Of a stretch of DNA of 64,000 nucleotides, positions 1 to 14,900 are shown one piece after another. Under the pieces are notes generated by a model. The model saw only the letters and a program-made list of their open reading frames with translations, was not told the DNA's origin and made no database searches. Position 1 is the first letter of the stretch; each line of letters starts with the position of its first letter. The position numbers were made by a program, and so were the translations under genes. Source of the stretch: Basidiobolus meristosporus CBS 931.73 (lineage: Eukaryota > Fungi > Basidiobolomycota); assembly GCA_002104905.1 (NCBI GenBank), contig MCFE01000212.1, positions 62,001-126,000 on the forward strand, written 5' to 3'.

Positions 1-666
1 GCTACCAGTAGGCAGGATTGCTGTTGGACAATTTTGCACTATGTGGGACAATCTTGCACACTATGGCACATTCTGACACAATGAGGTTGGCACATGCAAT
101 TGCGCCAACTTGTAATGTTTGCATCTCATGCTAAATTGGAAACTGCTGTTATAGTAGGTAAAACCTGGTATTTGGATATGTTTATTGAATTTGATTGGAG
201 ATTAATGCGTATCACATTATAAACTACACTGATACTTCCCATTTTAGTTACCATCAATCCGATTGGATGGTATCTCAGTGGTTCACTGGCCCAAAAGTGT
301 CCCAAAGCTGTCAGCCCACAATTGGTTCTTTGGCCAATACACAAGCTACCTGATTGTCCATCAAATATCCCATTTTGCCTATTAAGCAAGTAAATCCATG
401 ATCCTAGTGATTGGACAAGGTGTCATAGCTAGCATGCCACCAATTGTATAGGTGCAAGTCAGATCAAATGGCTGCACTGTTGCCACAGATGATGTATATA
501 TATACAGGGTGTTCATATACAGGGGTCCTGTCCCAAATGTGAGACAATCTTGATATTACTTATATCAGATATTGAGTGATAACTGATTTGCAATGGCTTG
601 ATGCGGATTGCAAAAAAAATGTGTTGTTTGGATCATTACAAATAATAGCTATTCAATGCAATTGCA

Positions 667-1747
667 TCATCTTCTTCAAGGTTTTTATCTCATTGGGATT
701 ACTACTGAAGCATTTGTTAGTGTTTCACTTTGCATATCTAAACTACTTTCTGGTGACTATCCTCTTGACTACTTGTGTATTTGTAGTCAGTATTTTGCCT
801 CCTAGCTGATGAGTGCAATGCTGCAGCTTGGCCGTGCTGAATTGCTCCTGATGATGCACCTGAGCTGGCCTGCAATGCTGTGTGCTGATGTGTTCTCTTA
901 CTTGCCAAAGGCACTTGTGGTGGAGGCACTTCATGTGGGTCATCATCAGTCAGTTCACCAGAAGAAACTAGCTGATGGCCAGGTGTAGTGGCATACACAA
1001 ATGTGACTTGATATGCTGGCATAGCCCTTAGCTGAACTTGATGTGATGCGGCTTGTTGACACAACTTGGCCTGCTCCAATGGACTTCCAGCAAGCCATGC
1101 TGGTGCAATCTGGACACTGTTGCTTGCGGTCTGTATTCTTGCCCTTAAAGCTCACCTTCTGATTCCTCAAGGTATTCACTTACCCTCTCTGATACTTTGG
1201 AACTGTTTCTTGGATGAGTCCTGTGTATATTGCTCTTGGAAGCCACTTAGCTCTACTGATATATCAAGTAATACATTAGTCATTTGAGGCAAAACCTCAT
1301 TCAAATCTCTTTGGTTCTCAAAGTTGAGGCACAAATGGACATGTTTGGCTTGTACTGAGCAAACTGGGTGCAAAATTGCTCACGCATGGCTTCCTCATCA
1401 AATCCCCTCACTATCAGTTCATTCTTGATTTCAATACTTTTCTTGGTTTATATCTTCTTGCATATATCTGCTGCCATCTTGATGTAGAGCTCATGCCACA
1501 GCTTTCTACTCAGGTTCTTCCATTGCTGTTGACTCTCCAAGGTATCTAGTTCTGCTAGATTAATGAGCAGTGCCCAAATATCTGTTTGAATGCTCATCAT
1601 AGACACTTTGACCATACTGAAATCACTTAGCATGAACTCAAACAGATCCAACATTGACTTTTCTGGTCCAGACTACACTTGTGAGCTGGGGGATGGATTT
1701 TTTCTGGATTGTACTAAAGATGAGTTGAGGCTTGGTATAGGGACCAT
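667..1747 (-). pseudogene. Accessory ORF of the PHIS element (copy 1), disrupted
   Basis: ORF fragments 1448-1654, 1176-1373 and 738-1079 are collinear with the 22250-23497 ORF, including WALLINLAELD and WKNLSRKLWHE. Confidence 0.8.
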
Positions 1748-2028
1748 GGTGACAGATTTGGATACTTATACAGTAGTGTATTGATATCAACCTGGTCTTA
1801 TATGAAATATAAATGAGATCCAATGTGATTATTGAATTTTCCATGTATTATGCATGATGCCTCTTGGATTGCATTAACACAGATCAGATCACATCAATTG
1901 CAGATTTCCTATTTCACTCCAGACTTGTGAGTAAAACACCAATAAAAATATCAAGTCATTGTTTGAGAATGATTTTTTCAACATAATAATGGGATACATG
2001 GCAATTGATGGAGACTTAATCATAATGC

Positions 2029-3728
2029 ATGGAAAATTGGATAAACCAAGCTGATTGCGCCATATCAATTCAAATGACCTCAGCCCAATCATCTACCAAT
2101 TTTGATATGACTTACTCATCTGAATGGTCTTTTCTCATCAATCCCATCACTACTACTGGAGTTCCTTTTGACACACTAGAGGAGACTGATACTAAGTACT
2201 GTGGACCATCTAATGCAATCTACCCAAGGAGATCCCTTGTCAAGCCTCTCTGCTATTACAAGAACTATTGCCCTACAAGGTTTCATCCCACTATCCATGG
2301 TAACAGAAGTCCTAGAAGCTTTCATTCCCAGCTGACAGCAATGGAGAACCTCCTTGCAAAGGGTATGCATGACTTAGAGCAAGCTTGGAGTATTAGGTTC
2401 AGAAGCTCCAATACACTTCCATATGCCACAGTGCTCAGCATTGGGTTCCATATAAGGAGTATTATGGATACCTTCCCAGTCAGGATTAACAGACCTTCTA
2501 CAGGGCAGAGGCACTTTTCTTCTGGCAAGTACAAGGCACACTGTGTAAAGCTTCAAGCACTGTCTGACATTGAGGGTTACATCATCTGGTTTAGTGGGCC
2601 ATTTGCTGGAAGTAGGCATGACAAAGAACCCTGGGTAGAGAATCATCCAGAATTCAGTAGAGGGGAGAAATGTATGGCAGACTTACCTTATATAGGAGAG
2701 GATTATCAGAGATTAGGAGATATTACAGCTTATAGGAAGCCAAGAAATGGTGTGCTTAGCAGGAAGCAAAAGCTCTACAATGAGATATCTAATTGATTCA
2801 GAGTGAGGGTGGAGCATATATTTGGATATCTAAGGACATTCAGCATATTGGTAGGTAAACACAGCGGAAAGTCATGTACAGGAGAAAACAGCAGAATAGG
2901 TAAAATAGACTTGTTCCATTGGATAGTGCCACATTGAGCCATGAGTGCCAAATAATGCCATAGTGTGCCAGGCAGGCCAAGTAAGCCTATACTTGGCCAC
3001 AGAGTCTGATACATAGCTCTTTGTCTTCATGCAAAGCAGCCCCTTTGTTTCACCCACCATGCTGGAGAAAGTCCATTTTTTGCCTTTTTTTTTTGGATCA
3101 ATGTTGTGCAGGGTGTGTAAGAGCACAGAAGGACTGAAGACATGCATCTGGTACTCAATACCTATGGCACTCTGAATCTAGCTCCTGTAGGTTGTATCAT
3201 GTCACAAAAATGCTTGGCACTATCTTAGTCCACTGGTACTATCTGGCGCTATATTTAAATATTAGCCCTAAAGTAAGATCTATACAAAGCACTTATAGTG
3301 CCAGATAGTATCAGTGGACAAAGAAAGTGCCATGCATTTTTGTGACATGATACAACCTACAGGAGCAAGATTCAGAGTGCCAGAAGTATTGAGTACCAGA
3401 TGCATGTCTCCAGTCCTTTGGGGCTCTAACACACCCTGCACAACATCAATCCAAAAAAAGGTTAAAATATGGATTTTCTCCAGTACAAGGGGTGAAACAC
3501 AAGGGCTGCTTTGCATGAAGATGCAGAGCTATGTTTCATACTTGGTGGCCAAGTATAGGTTAATTGACCTCCCTGGCACACTATGGCATCATTTGGCACT
3601 CATGGCTCAATTTGGCACCATCCAACAGAACAAGTCTAATAGCTAAGATACATATCTATGCACAGTACATACATACAAGAAGATATCCTTAGAGAAAATG
3701 TGTCTGGCACATTATGAAGAGAAAATAA
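2029..3728 (+). pseudogene. DDE_Tnp_4-type transposase (copy 1) with a premature stop and a MITE insertion
   Basis: Motifs IMDTFPVRINRP, GKYKAHCVKLQ, GSRHD, MADLPY, RVRVEH. TGA at 2794-2796. Interrupted at 2907-3637. Confidence 0.9.
2907..3637. mobile_element. Foldback-type MITE carrying the PHIS TIRs, made of two ~345-bp inverted arms and a 40-bp spacer
   Basis: Ends are AGACTTGTTCCATTG and CAACAGAACAAGTCT, with AAT duplicated on both sides (2904-2906, 3638-3640). The empty site GGTAAAATAGTTAAG is visible in copy 2. Arm 2907-3253 is the reverse complement of 3294-3637. Confidence 0.9.
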
Positions 3729-4089
3729 AGCCAGGAAAGCACAACTCTGAGAAACATAAGTAGGATTGAGTAAAATCACCAGTAACTATATCCATCTGCT
3801 TGCATTATGGTAGAATTTATAGTGCTAGATAGTGCCACAGAGTGCCAGATCAATGCAGCACTATAAACAGGATGGCACTTTGTGGCACCATCCAATGGAA
3901 CAAGTATTTTTTACCAACATTATGTACTAACCCTGAAACTGTAACAGAATGCTCCTGAATGTTAAGAAACCCTCCTTATTTGATGGTACAGCTATATCAC
4001 TTTAACAAAAGTAGAAGTAATGACCCTCTTTATGAATGAACAATAGTTGGACTATTATCACTACTTCTTGATAAATTCCTTATATGCAA

Positions 4090-5564
4090 ATCACTTCATA
4101 AATTGCCACATATACACAGAGGACTCATCAAGACAACAATTCCCAAGTATCAGACAGAGGGGGAGTGAATACCTCAAAGAATTACAAGATGAGCTTCAAT
4201 AGGAAGAATACATACCATGAGCTGCTGCATCTAGACAGTGACAGCATTCCTTGCTGAACTCCTTACCATCCCCTTCTGTGTTGATGCACTGGCACATGTC
4301 AGTCCAACATATGCCTACACTCTTCACAAGAGTGCTCTGGATTGAGTTAACATGCATGCTTGAGAGAAAAACCACCAGAACTCACCAAACTGCTCATGCA
4401 GACATAAGTCCATTGGAGAGGGCCAAGTTGCATCAACATGTAACATCACATCAAACTCAGCCAATGGCTATGCCAATGCATTAAGTTGCACCTGCGCATG
4501 CTGTTGCTCCTGACTTACAGCTAGTTACATCTGGTGAACTGACTGGTGATGACGCACATGAAGTGCCTTCACCACTAGAGCCTTTGACAAGTAAAAAAAG
4601 TGTCAGCCCATGGCAAATAAGACCAGGTCCATTATATCATCTGGAGCAATACAGCATGGCCAAGCTCCAGCATTGCACTCACAAACTAGGTGGCATAATA
4701 ATGACTACAAGTAAACAATTAATCCAGATGATAGTCAACAAGGCAGTGTTTGGGCATTTAAAAGGAATTGCTACCAAATGCTTCAGTGGTAGTCCCTAGG
4801 AGAAAGAACCTAGCAGAAGATGATGCAATTTCATTGAATTGCAACCATTTGTTGTGATCCAAATAACACACTTTTTCTTGCAAATCAAATTGAGCCATTG
4901 CAAATGAGTGATCACTATATATTTTTTAAGTAAAGTGAATTTTTTTCACATTTGAAACAGAACACCCTATACTAAGCACTTGGCATATTAATACATCATC
5001 TGTAACACCAGTGCAGTTGTTTGATCTGATTTGCACCTACATGATTGGTTGCATGCTTGTTATGACACCTTGTCTAATCAATAAGATCAGAGATTCAGAG
5101 GCTCAATGGGCAATATGGGAAATCTTATGGCAAATCAGGTAGCTTTTGCATTGTTCAATGAGTCAGTTGAGGGTTAACAGCTTCAGGATACTTTCAGACC
5201 AGTCAGCCATTGATATTCCATACATTTAGAGTGATGGTAACCAAAATGATAAGTATCAGTGTGGCTTATAGAGGGATATGGATTTTTTTCCAATTAAATC
5301 AAAGAAACAAATCCAAATACTGGATTTTACATCTCAGTTTGATGGTATCTGATCATGCATGTGATGCAAGCATTACAAGTTGGTGCAATCATCCATGCCA
5401 ACCTCATGGTGTCAGACTAAGCCATGGTGTGCAAGACTGACCCACATAGTGCAAAATCATTCAAGAGCAATCCTGCCTACTGGTAGCTACAACACTGCAC
5501 TCAGATGCTCTTTGCATCTGTGGATTGCACTATATGCCATGGCATGCTGCAATGGGACAAGTCT
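4090..5564. mobile_element. Inverted, truncated left-arm copy of the PHIS element
   Basis: Reverse-complement homology to ~21506-22970. TIR CAATGGGACAAGTCT ends at 5564 and is followed by ATT. The start is approximate. Confidence 0.8.
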
Positions 5565-8500
5565 ATTTGTCAGTTGGGCTTGCCTAAATAAGGGTAGACC
5601 ATAGTGTGACCATTAGAATGCCATGCAAGTCTTTCACCCAACTGTCAAAAAGCTCTCAATTTTGATAATCTGTCTGGATCTAGAACAATAAACACTGATA
5701 CAATCCCATCATAAGATCATGAACAGAGTTAAGAATTCCAAGCTGCTGGCATTATGTAGCCTAATGGCAGGGTTCTGAGAGCTGATCAGCACTGCATCCA
5801 CCTGCATGACTAAAATTTTTTCATAGAGTTTGGTTCCTAATAGGTCCATGGTACACTAGCTGTAAGATGCCAGCATGCCAGACTTCTAATTGTCACTTGA
5901 AAATTAATGCATTCTTCATCATTGTACTAAATGGCTTTGGAGAACTTCAATGTTTTTGGTTTTTTGGGCTTGGCATATACATCTGTGACTCTGTCCCCCA
6001 TACTAAGGCAGGTGTTCTGTGTGCCGTATCCTTGAGTACCAATAGACTGCTCCAAAAACTTACTGGTGGCCCTCTGCAGATACACCACAAGGTGGATCAA
6101 CTTTGATTAGCAAAATAGAACTACTTGAGGTACTTCCTTACAGCAAAGGTGCTTAAATAACAGCAACAATTCTCATGAAATGACCTACGTCAGTGTTACT
6201 ATCCTTACCATTTCCATTTTATATTTGGTAACTCTTTGATACTAATATTTTTGCCCACTGATCCTTGATTAGTTGGATGTGCTAAGCAATCTCAACCTTC
6301 CAGAACCTTCTTACAGTATCTCTAACTTGTTGTGCCATTACCAAGACCAGTATACAAGGGAAACCTCTAAAACTTGGTCACTAATAATGACTTGGCAATC
6401 CTTTTAAGTATAACAAGAAGTCAGTCCCAGATCAATTAACCACCTCTTTTATTAGCAGTACTTTCCTATTGATGGTAAGTATTTGATCATTGAACTTAAC
6501 ATGAGCAATACACATTAGCCCTGCTATTATGGAGCATTGAGGGTAGTAACAAAAGTTATAAAGGCTTTTATAAACACATGGAGCACCTAGCAAAATAGAG
6601 ATGCAGCATCATTAATATAGTGCCAGTGCTAGAAACACCTACAAATTAGGACCAGCAGTTGTTGTAATCATCAGACACCAAGCACACATAGGGTAGTGTA
6701 CTTTTACCTACTATATACAAGTGGTGAGTAGACCTCCAGCACTTTAGGATTTTTTGCAGTGATGTTTTCTATCACATCCTTGGCCAATATTGCACATAGT
6801 TAGAGCCCAGAGTAGGAATGGAATTTTGCCTTGGTATTCTGAGATTACCAAAGAGTATAGATGGTATGATGGCAGAATTCAGGAGCTAATCAACAGCCAG
6901 GACATTAGATTTGAGGAGAGATTGGATCGAAGAGTCTCTGAAATCATTAGCCAGCTTCCTTATGATGCATTAATCACTTATGAGAAAGATAAGTACCTAA
7001 CACAGCCAGATCATGGTGTTAGACTGTCAATTGCCTCTGCAATCATATATGTTATGTTCAACAGTTATTGTACCAAGCAGCCAAGAAACAAGGATTTCTC
7101 AGAAGATATATAAATCCTTTCATCTACCTTGACACTGGATGGGATCTCTTTGAACATGGTTCTTGCTTTAAACCTGCTGGCCACTAAATCTCATTGCCCA
7201 AGGTCTACAGCCCATGTTATGCTATTGGAGCAGACATCTGATGGCAGTTTTGCTGATATCTGAGACTAATTCCCCTTTCAATGTAAGCAGTTACACATAC
7301 CTATTGCTGCATAGATGTTGTATGTAATCATAAAGGGTGATAATGGGTGACTACTATATCAAAGCTCATGGTTTTTTCCATATCCAGGGAAGCTCTGACA
7401 CTGACAGCCAAGTTTTGCATGGGGCATCTCAAGCTAAACAAGCCCTTGGAGACACCAGAGCAATTTGAAGGAGTTGCCTGATGCCATTGCTTCTTCACTG
7501 GTTTCCATACATCTTAATCTTTGCCTAGTACTCCAACGGCTGGCACCTCATCAGCAGGGTCATTGCATCAACACCTAATAATATTCAAGTGTGTTTCCAT
7601 GAGCATTACTCTGAAAGAAAGTGCTGCACCTCTGACTGCACCCATTATTTTTCCAAAATTCCACCGTAGGCATCATTATAGTGATCAAGTATCTTGGCAT
7701 TGTTGCTTTGTCTGTCAGTAGTATTGCCACTCTCTACAGCAAAAGATGTGGAAGCTATGGTAGACTAAGTGCATTTCTATGCAACCTAAACTGTATCAAT
7801 AGAGTGTAGCCCTACTAGCTTCATTTCCAACTCTAGAGGAAGCAGCTATTGTCTACTTGAAGATTTCTCTCAGCTATCATACAGTTTGGACTGTTCTAGA
7901 CTAATGGCCTTGATAGGTGAGAACTGCTAATCCCTGCTATCTCAATCAAGTGCTTGTATTCCAGCATGCTTTCTATGCAATAAACAAGGAAGTGGTTCAT
8001 CCATTGGTGCCAGCCTGTCTCTTACTGGAGCTTTTCTCATCACTGGGCAGTTCTTTACCTCATGCTCTGGGCTTTCTGTTGCAATTTAAGAAGGGCTTGG
8101 GATATAAGTAACTTATCAAGATATTATGATAACAGTTGAAATGCTGCTTATCCTTAAAGAAGATCAGTATTTATAGCTTTGTACAGGTAATACAATTGTG
8201 ACACTAGGTCAGGTGAGTTTCTCAATAGGCATGAACATTAAGTAACAGTTTCAGGGTTATTACATAATATTTGGAAAAGTGCTAATTTAATTCTGATTGT
8301 TAGGGAATAATGATAGTATCATAGATCTGAAAGAGAGTGGTAAAGTTGGTGCTGTAAATAAGTCCCGCAGTGACAAAGACTAGTTCAGAATTGGTGAGTT
8401 GTTTTTTGGTTGTTGAATGATACCAAATAGCCCAATATTGCAGCACTTTCAGCTCTGCTGGTGATAGGCTCCTAAGGATGCAGTTTGTATTCATCACTCC

Positions 8501-10799
8501 CAGGTTTTTCCCCACTATTTTGACTATGAGCTGAGTAGAACAACATTTTTGCTTTGAGAGATGTTGCACTGTTAGACCCATGCCAGCCTACTTGTTCCTT
8601 ACCAGCATGCTGCCTGCTAACTTATATTTCATTGTTGCTGGCCTAGAGCTTTTGGCCTTGCTTGTGATAGGCTTTTGAGGATGCCACAGGCTTGAACTTT
8701 GGTATAATAAGCACAGTCCCTCCCTCCCCTTCTTAGATTGGGCTTTTAGTGGACTTTATTTTTGCACACTGCTTTTGTGCATTAAAGACTTTGCAAGGAT
8801 CCACTGCTGTTGGCTGGAAAATGGTTCAATTCCAAACTGTCAGGTCTCCACAACATTTGGCAAAACAAATTGCCAACATTTTGGGAATATTCTATTTATT
8901 CCCTGTCAAAACAAGTGCATGCAGTTCTACAAATTTTGTAATGCCTTAAGGTGCTAACATGGTACCAATCAAGCACAAATATTTCTAGTATGTCTTGTAT
9001 GCATCTAACTGCATGAGCTGTATATATGTTAGCTCAAATAGCCTTTCAAAGCAATTTCAATCTAGTGCACAATGAATTCATTGGGAGTCCTATGCTGACA
9101 CTGTGGGGATACTTATCCAAAAGCAGATTACTACTACAAATAGAATTCCTCAGCAACTTTTATGCAAGAAGCCTGTGACAGGAGTTGATTGAATTTACTA
9201 CAGGCAAAAAATCAAAAATGCTGATCTCATAGTAGCTGGTGTGCATGTATGTAGAGGTTAATATACAACAGGCAAATTTTTTGATTTAAACAATTTGATA
9301 GCTCTGGATGCAAGGGTACTGATGGTATCTACTCCTGTATTAGCTTATATTTCACAGATCAGGTTCCATCATACTTGGCTAATACTCCAACATATCCAAA
9401 GACTGGTCTCAGCAACTAAAATAAAGCAATACAATACCTTGGCACAGGTGATTTAAATAAGCTGATTTGGCACATTTGAGCATAATGTTAAAGAATAGCT
9501 AATAATTGTAGCAGTGATGGAAGCTCCATCTGGCTTAGATTGCTATAGTGACCTCCTATATGAGACTCAAGCTAGACAACTATGGGACACTTCCTTAATA
9601 TCTAACAATTTACTGCTTTTACAATATCTTTTTGAAAGTATTGATAAGAGCTCAGTAAAGTATGCAATATAATAAACAGTTATTCTACATGAACATAACA
9701 TCAGCTGATGAACTAGTGTAGTGAGCAATATAAATAAAGGTATGAATCATATACCTATATACACAAATGCTATGTAGTCTCCCCATTGATGTAATTCTCT
9801 AACATGTACATATTGCTAGACTTAATTTCACTTTTCTGAAGAATAAAGTTAAGGTCCACATTATGCTTATATGTAAGATTTGTTTTGTTGGTTGATGCCA
9901 CACTCAACTATGCTTACCATATAGTGTCATAGTGTGCCATTGCTCTGGTGCTCTATCCAGACAAAATCTCTTGGGTAGGACTGATGCAAAGCACTTGTAG
10001 TATTGGTGGACTAAACAGTACCATTCATCCATGTAAATCTAGCAAACATATAACTAATCTCAGCATACTATGAGTGTAGTTTTTTGTGCATCCCCAGCAT
10101 ATGATGGTACTATTTGGCACCAGTAGCCTTTGGTAGCTTTATCCAATTGTACAAGGCTAATACACACCAAATTCCAATTTTTCAAACTGAACTGAGTTTG
10201 GTAAGAGTATTTCTGATACTACATATCTGGCAGCAAAAGGGACATATCTTTCTGCAGAAGACTAAACCAGCAAACACTTCATAGAGCTTACTAATCAGCT
10301 GCCCTCTACTTCCATCAAGTATTTCTACAAATATATAGGTAAACTCAACAGCTGTGCACCAGCAAAGCTTGTTTAAATACCAGCCAAGTCAAGCTGAAGG
10401 TCAAATGAGTTCATAGGTGCTAGTGTGAAATTGGCTAGCTCTGGTGCATAAAATGTAGCAATTGACTATGCTACATACCACTCCTCATGCCTGCTAGTAG
10501 CAGAAGAACTGTAAAGGTAAAAGAAGAAAACTTGACTTTGGTGGACTTTAATCACATTGATTGATGAGTGTGTGAATGTGCTAAGTGCTAATGTTGGGTG
10601 CAGTGACTTGTGTAGGTTAATACAACTGGCCACCAAATAGAACTGAAGATGGAGTGAAAATAAACCAATTTGCATTTATCAAAGTTGGAACATTATGTCA
10701 GTTAGGAAGTGGGAAGTGTGCAAAAGGAGCAATACCCAATCAATATACACAAACATAGGGTCTGACTGGGTAATCTACAGAAGAAAGTAGAAGGAATTG

Positions 10800-11620
10800 C
10801 AGTGTATCAATCAAAAACCACTGATGTACCCTATGAAAAGTAACTGGGTCCTGCAGGAGGATCTGATCCTGGTCAGTGCTCTACAACTATTTTAAATGGA
10901 TCCAACATGTGAGGACATTGTATTGCCTTATATGACAAAAATCTTGATGGTGTTACAGTGGCCTCACAGTAAGATTCTGATGGCATTATAACAGCAGTAT
11001 GGTGGCCTACAGCTAGTTCTGTATAATGCTACTATACAATTTTACCAAATTGTATTTCCTTTTTCTACCTTCCCTTGTGCAACTCATATATTCCACTGTA
11101 GAATACCCCTCTTTATTTGCTCACCCACTACTACCTTGGGTATTCTACATGTGGTTTGAATCAAACAAAGCTATGGCCTCCTGCTTATTAAGCTCAACAA
11201 ACACGCACACCTGCCGCAGTTGACATACTTCTGTCACCTCAACTTTACGGCTTTTTAATGTGATTCTTGCCAAGTTGCCATATACCTGGTACTGCTGGTA
11301 ACATATACATCTTGCAAACATATTGTTGGTTGTTGCCACTTCTGCCATGAATATCTCATGAATATCTGCAAAGAACCTCTTGGTATTTAGCCAGTATATA
11401 TTGCCACACCCTGCTGAATTCTAGTCCCCCTTATAGGTGTGCTCTGGCTCTTGTTTGTGTGGATTCTGCATTGAATGGTGTAGAAGTTGGCTTGTGACCA
11501 TGAGAAACTCTGCACATCTTTGTAGAGTTTTTGTAATAATAAATAGTTGCTTGTTGCACCCAACCCAACTTTGCATTATTTAACTGATTACCTATCCATT
11601 GGGGCTGCTTAGCTTCTTAA
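10800..11620 (-). mobile_element. Decayed CACTA/EnSpm-like relic (3' part), into which the copia element inserted
   Basis: Reverse-complement homology to 17560-18300 and 19490-20500. Boundaries are approximate. Confidence 0.6.
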
Positions 11621-11967
11621 TGTTGTAAAATTTGTATTTCCACCTAAATATTCACCTAACTTAGTCACTAAGATCATCACCTTCAAATCCTAGAGAATAC
11701 TGACTAAATTCCTTGTCAGATTTACTTAGAATATTTTCACCAAAATACCAGGTACCCAGAACATGAAAATTCTCAAAGTTGTCCAAACAGCCCCAAACTT
11801 TGCACACATGTTCTTGGGACCTTCCTTAACCTATTCTACGTGTTTGTAATGTCAAGACCAGTTAAAAGCATAAATACTGCTTTTACATTCAATAAATCAT
11901 TAAGTAAAAACCACATAATCTACTTGTTCTCCAAATCACTTCCAATATCTCCAAGACTCTTTCAACA
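11621..11967 (+). repeat. Ty1/copia 5' LTR (~347 bp)
   Basis: TGTTG...TCAACA termini, immediately followed by the PBS. Homologous solo LTRs occur at 20038, 36395 and 38211. Confidence 0.85.
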
Positions 11968-11979
11968 GGTTATGAGCCC
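11968..11979 (+). promoter_or_regulatory. Copia primer-binding site of the half-tRNA-iMet type
   Basis: GGTTATGAGCCC is the reverse complement of GGGCTCATAACC, the fungal iMet anticodon arm. Confidence 0.8.
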
Positions 11980-11998
11980 CAAGCTGTCACTCTCTGCA

Positions 11999-14900
11999 AT
12001 GTCTACTACTGCTATTACTGGAATTTTTCCCTCTGCTGAAAAGTTGGATGGATCTAACTACCAAGTGTGGAAGGTGAAGATGAAGATGCTGCTACAAGAA
12101 AGAGGCCTTTGGGATATTGTCATGGGAAAAGAATGCCCTCCTAAAAATGTGTGAGAGGAAGCCTTAAAGTACCAGAAGAAAGAACAAAGTGCCTTTAACT
12201 GCATTTGCCTTAATGTCAAGGACAAATTGCTAATTCAATGCTGAAGAGCAAAAACGGCAAAGAATGCCTGGAAAGCATTAGAAGACACCTACCGGTCATG
12301 TTCAGCTGCCAAGAAAATGTATCTGGGACAAGAATTCTTTACCACAAAGATGCTGCCAGGAGAAGAAATGAAAAATCTAATTAACAGCATTACCCTGCTG
12401 GTAGATGAGATGAAATCTGTGGGCGTACCAACTACTGATGAGGATGTGATAGTTACCATCCTGAATAGCCTGACAGATGAGTTTCAGGGCCTTGTATCAG
12501 CCCTAGAGTCCAGAACTGAAGATTTGACCTTAAATTACATATATGGAAGGCTCCTGGATGAAGAATTAAGAAAATCAAGTGCCAATAAGAAGCAAGAAGA
12601 AAATGCTTTAATAAGCAATGATAACCAACAAAGGAGGTACCCAAGACCCTACAAAGGCAACAGCAACCTGTTTTGTAACTACTGCAAAAGGAAAGGACAC
12701 ACATCAGACCGGTGTCTCAAAAAGAAAGATAATCAGCAAAAGAAGCCTGAATATGGAAATGCTGCAACAGCTGAAGAAAGATCATTCATATCTGCACTAA
12801 ATATGACCACAAGCAAGGATTCTCAGACGTGGTATATTGACTCTGGAGCATCTCAACACTTTACACACCAAAAAGAACTTTTTACCCAATTTCAGGAAAT
12901 TCCAATTAAGAAGGTTTTCATGGGTGACAATAGAACACTTGATGCAGTGGGAGAAGGAACTATCTAAGTAAACCTTAGCAGCAGTGAAGGAAGCCATACA
13001 CTGCCCTTCAAAGAAGTACTCTATGTACCAGAAATAGCCAAGAACCTACTCTCTGTAAGCAAGGCCACAGCAGAAGGACTCAGTTTTGGTTTTGACAATT
13101 CTGGATGCAGGATCACTGAGCAAAATGGTGCTCATATTGCTTTGGGCTTCACAGATCAGAATCTATACAAGTTGACTTATATTCCATCATATCTGGAAGC
13201 CAATATAAGTAACTTAAGTGAAGAAACACCAATGCTTTGGCACAGGAGATTTGGACACGTCAATTTTAATTATTTGTGCAAAATGATCAAAGATCATCTA
13301 ATTTCTGGAGTGAAAATTGATCCCCCAGCTAATTTGGAGCACTGTGAAGCCTGCATATATGGGAAACAAGCCAGACAACCGTTCAAGAGCTCTGGGTTAA
13401 TCAAAACTAAGAAAAAATTAGATCTAATTCACTCAGATCTGTGTGGACCTATGCAAAATTTATCCTTAGGCGGGATGAAGTACTTGATCACTTTTATTGA
13501 TGATTATACAAGATACATATGGGTCTACTTCATGGAGAGAAAGGAAGAAGCTCTGTCTAAGCTCAGGGAGTTTAAAGCCATGGTGGAGAGAGAAACTAGT
13601 GAAAAAATCAAGAAAATACACTCTGAAAATGGTGGAGAATATACCTCCAAACTCTTCATCCACTTCTGCAAAATTCATGGGATAAAGCAAGAGACTACTG
13701 TACCATACTCCCCACAGCAAAATGGAGTAGCAGAACAAGCTAACAGATCAATAATTGATATGGCAAGATCTATGATCCATGATCAAAAATTATCCTATGA
13801 TTTTTGGGCGGAATCAGTTGCCACTGCTGTATATCTTAAAAATAGGAGTTATAACAGAATACTTTGTGATTCTACTCCATTTGAAGCATGTTATGGATAC
13901 AGACCAAGTGCAGAACATCTAAGAATATTTGAATGTACAGCATATGCCAAAAAACTGGCCGGAAATCAGTCAAAATTTAAGCCAAAAAGTGTAAAATGCA
14001 TATTTTTGGGCTACTGCAATGAGAGTAAGGCATACAGACTCTACAATACCAAAGCAAAGAAGCTTATCAAGTCCAGGGATGTGTTGTTTGATGAGAATTC
14101 AAAATTTTCACAAAAAATGACATCAGATGATGACAAAAATTTGATCTCAAGTCCACCAATTGTCAGGATTGAATCAGAGCAAAACAATGAAAATTTTTTC
14201 ACTCCAGAGGACTCTGCAACCGTGGTTCAGCCAGAATCAATGCCCAGGAATATCCCAGAAGTGATCATTTCAGTATCAAATGCCCAGAGATCCAATCGGA
14301 CAAGAAATAGCCCAAATTACTATATCAATGAGGGTACAAACTTAGCCTATGCCTATTTGGTCCATGTTGATCAACCCCAGACTGTAAAAGAGGCCCTAAA
14401 TAGCCCTCAGACAAGTTTTTGGAGATCTGCAATGATTGAGGAATATCAGGCCCTGATGGAAAATCAAACTTGGGACTTAGTCAAATTACCAATCAGCCAA
14501 AAATCAATTGGATGCAGATGGGTCTTCAAGACAAAATACAAGGCTGATGGTACAATTGAAAGATACAAAGCAAGACTTGTAGCCAAAGGATACTCTCAAA
14601 CAAAAGGACTTGACTATACTGAGACCTTTGCACCGGTAGCCAAGTTTAATTCCATTAGATTAATATTGGCTATTGCAGCCAAATATAAGTTTATGATTCA
14701 TCAAATGGATGTAAAAACTGCATTTTTGAATAGGGAACTTGATGAGGACGTGTATATGGACCAGCCTGATGGTTTGTTGACCAAGATAACCCCCATTTGG
14801 TCTGCAAGCTTAAAAAGTCACTATATGGTCTCAAACAATCACCAAGAGCCTGGAATTGCAAGATAGATTCTTATTTGGAATCTTTGAGTTTCAAAAGGAG

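Larger units (their letters stand above)
1..3907. mobile_element. PHIS-superfamily (PIF/Harbinger/ISL2EU-like) DNA transposon, decayed copy 1; left end lies outside the window
   Basis: Position 1 aligns with position ~21583 of the better-preserved copy. It has the same two divergent ORFs. A degenerate right TIR (CAATGGAACAAGTAT) lies at ~3893-3907. Confidence 0.85.

Noticed and set aside
5600-10790. Short ORFs such as 6790-7113 and 8775-8957
   Set aside because: CpG-stripped, stop-riddled sequence with no family motif I can recognise. Probably old TE debris.
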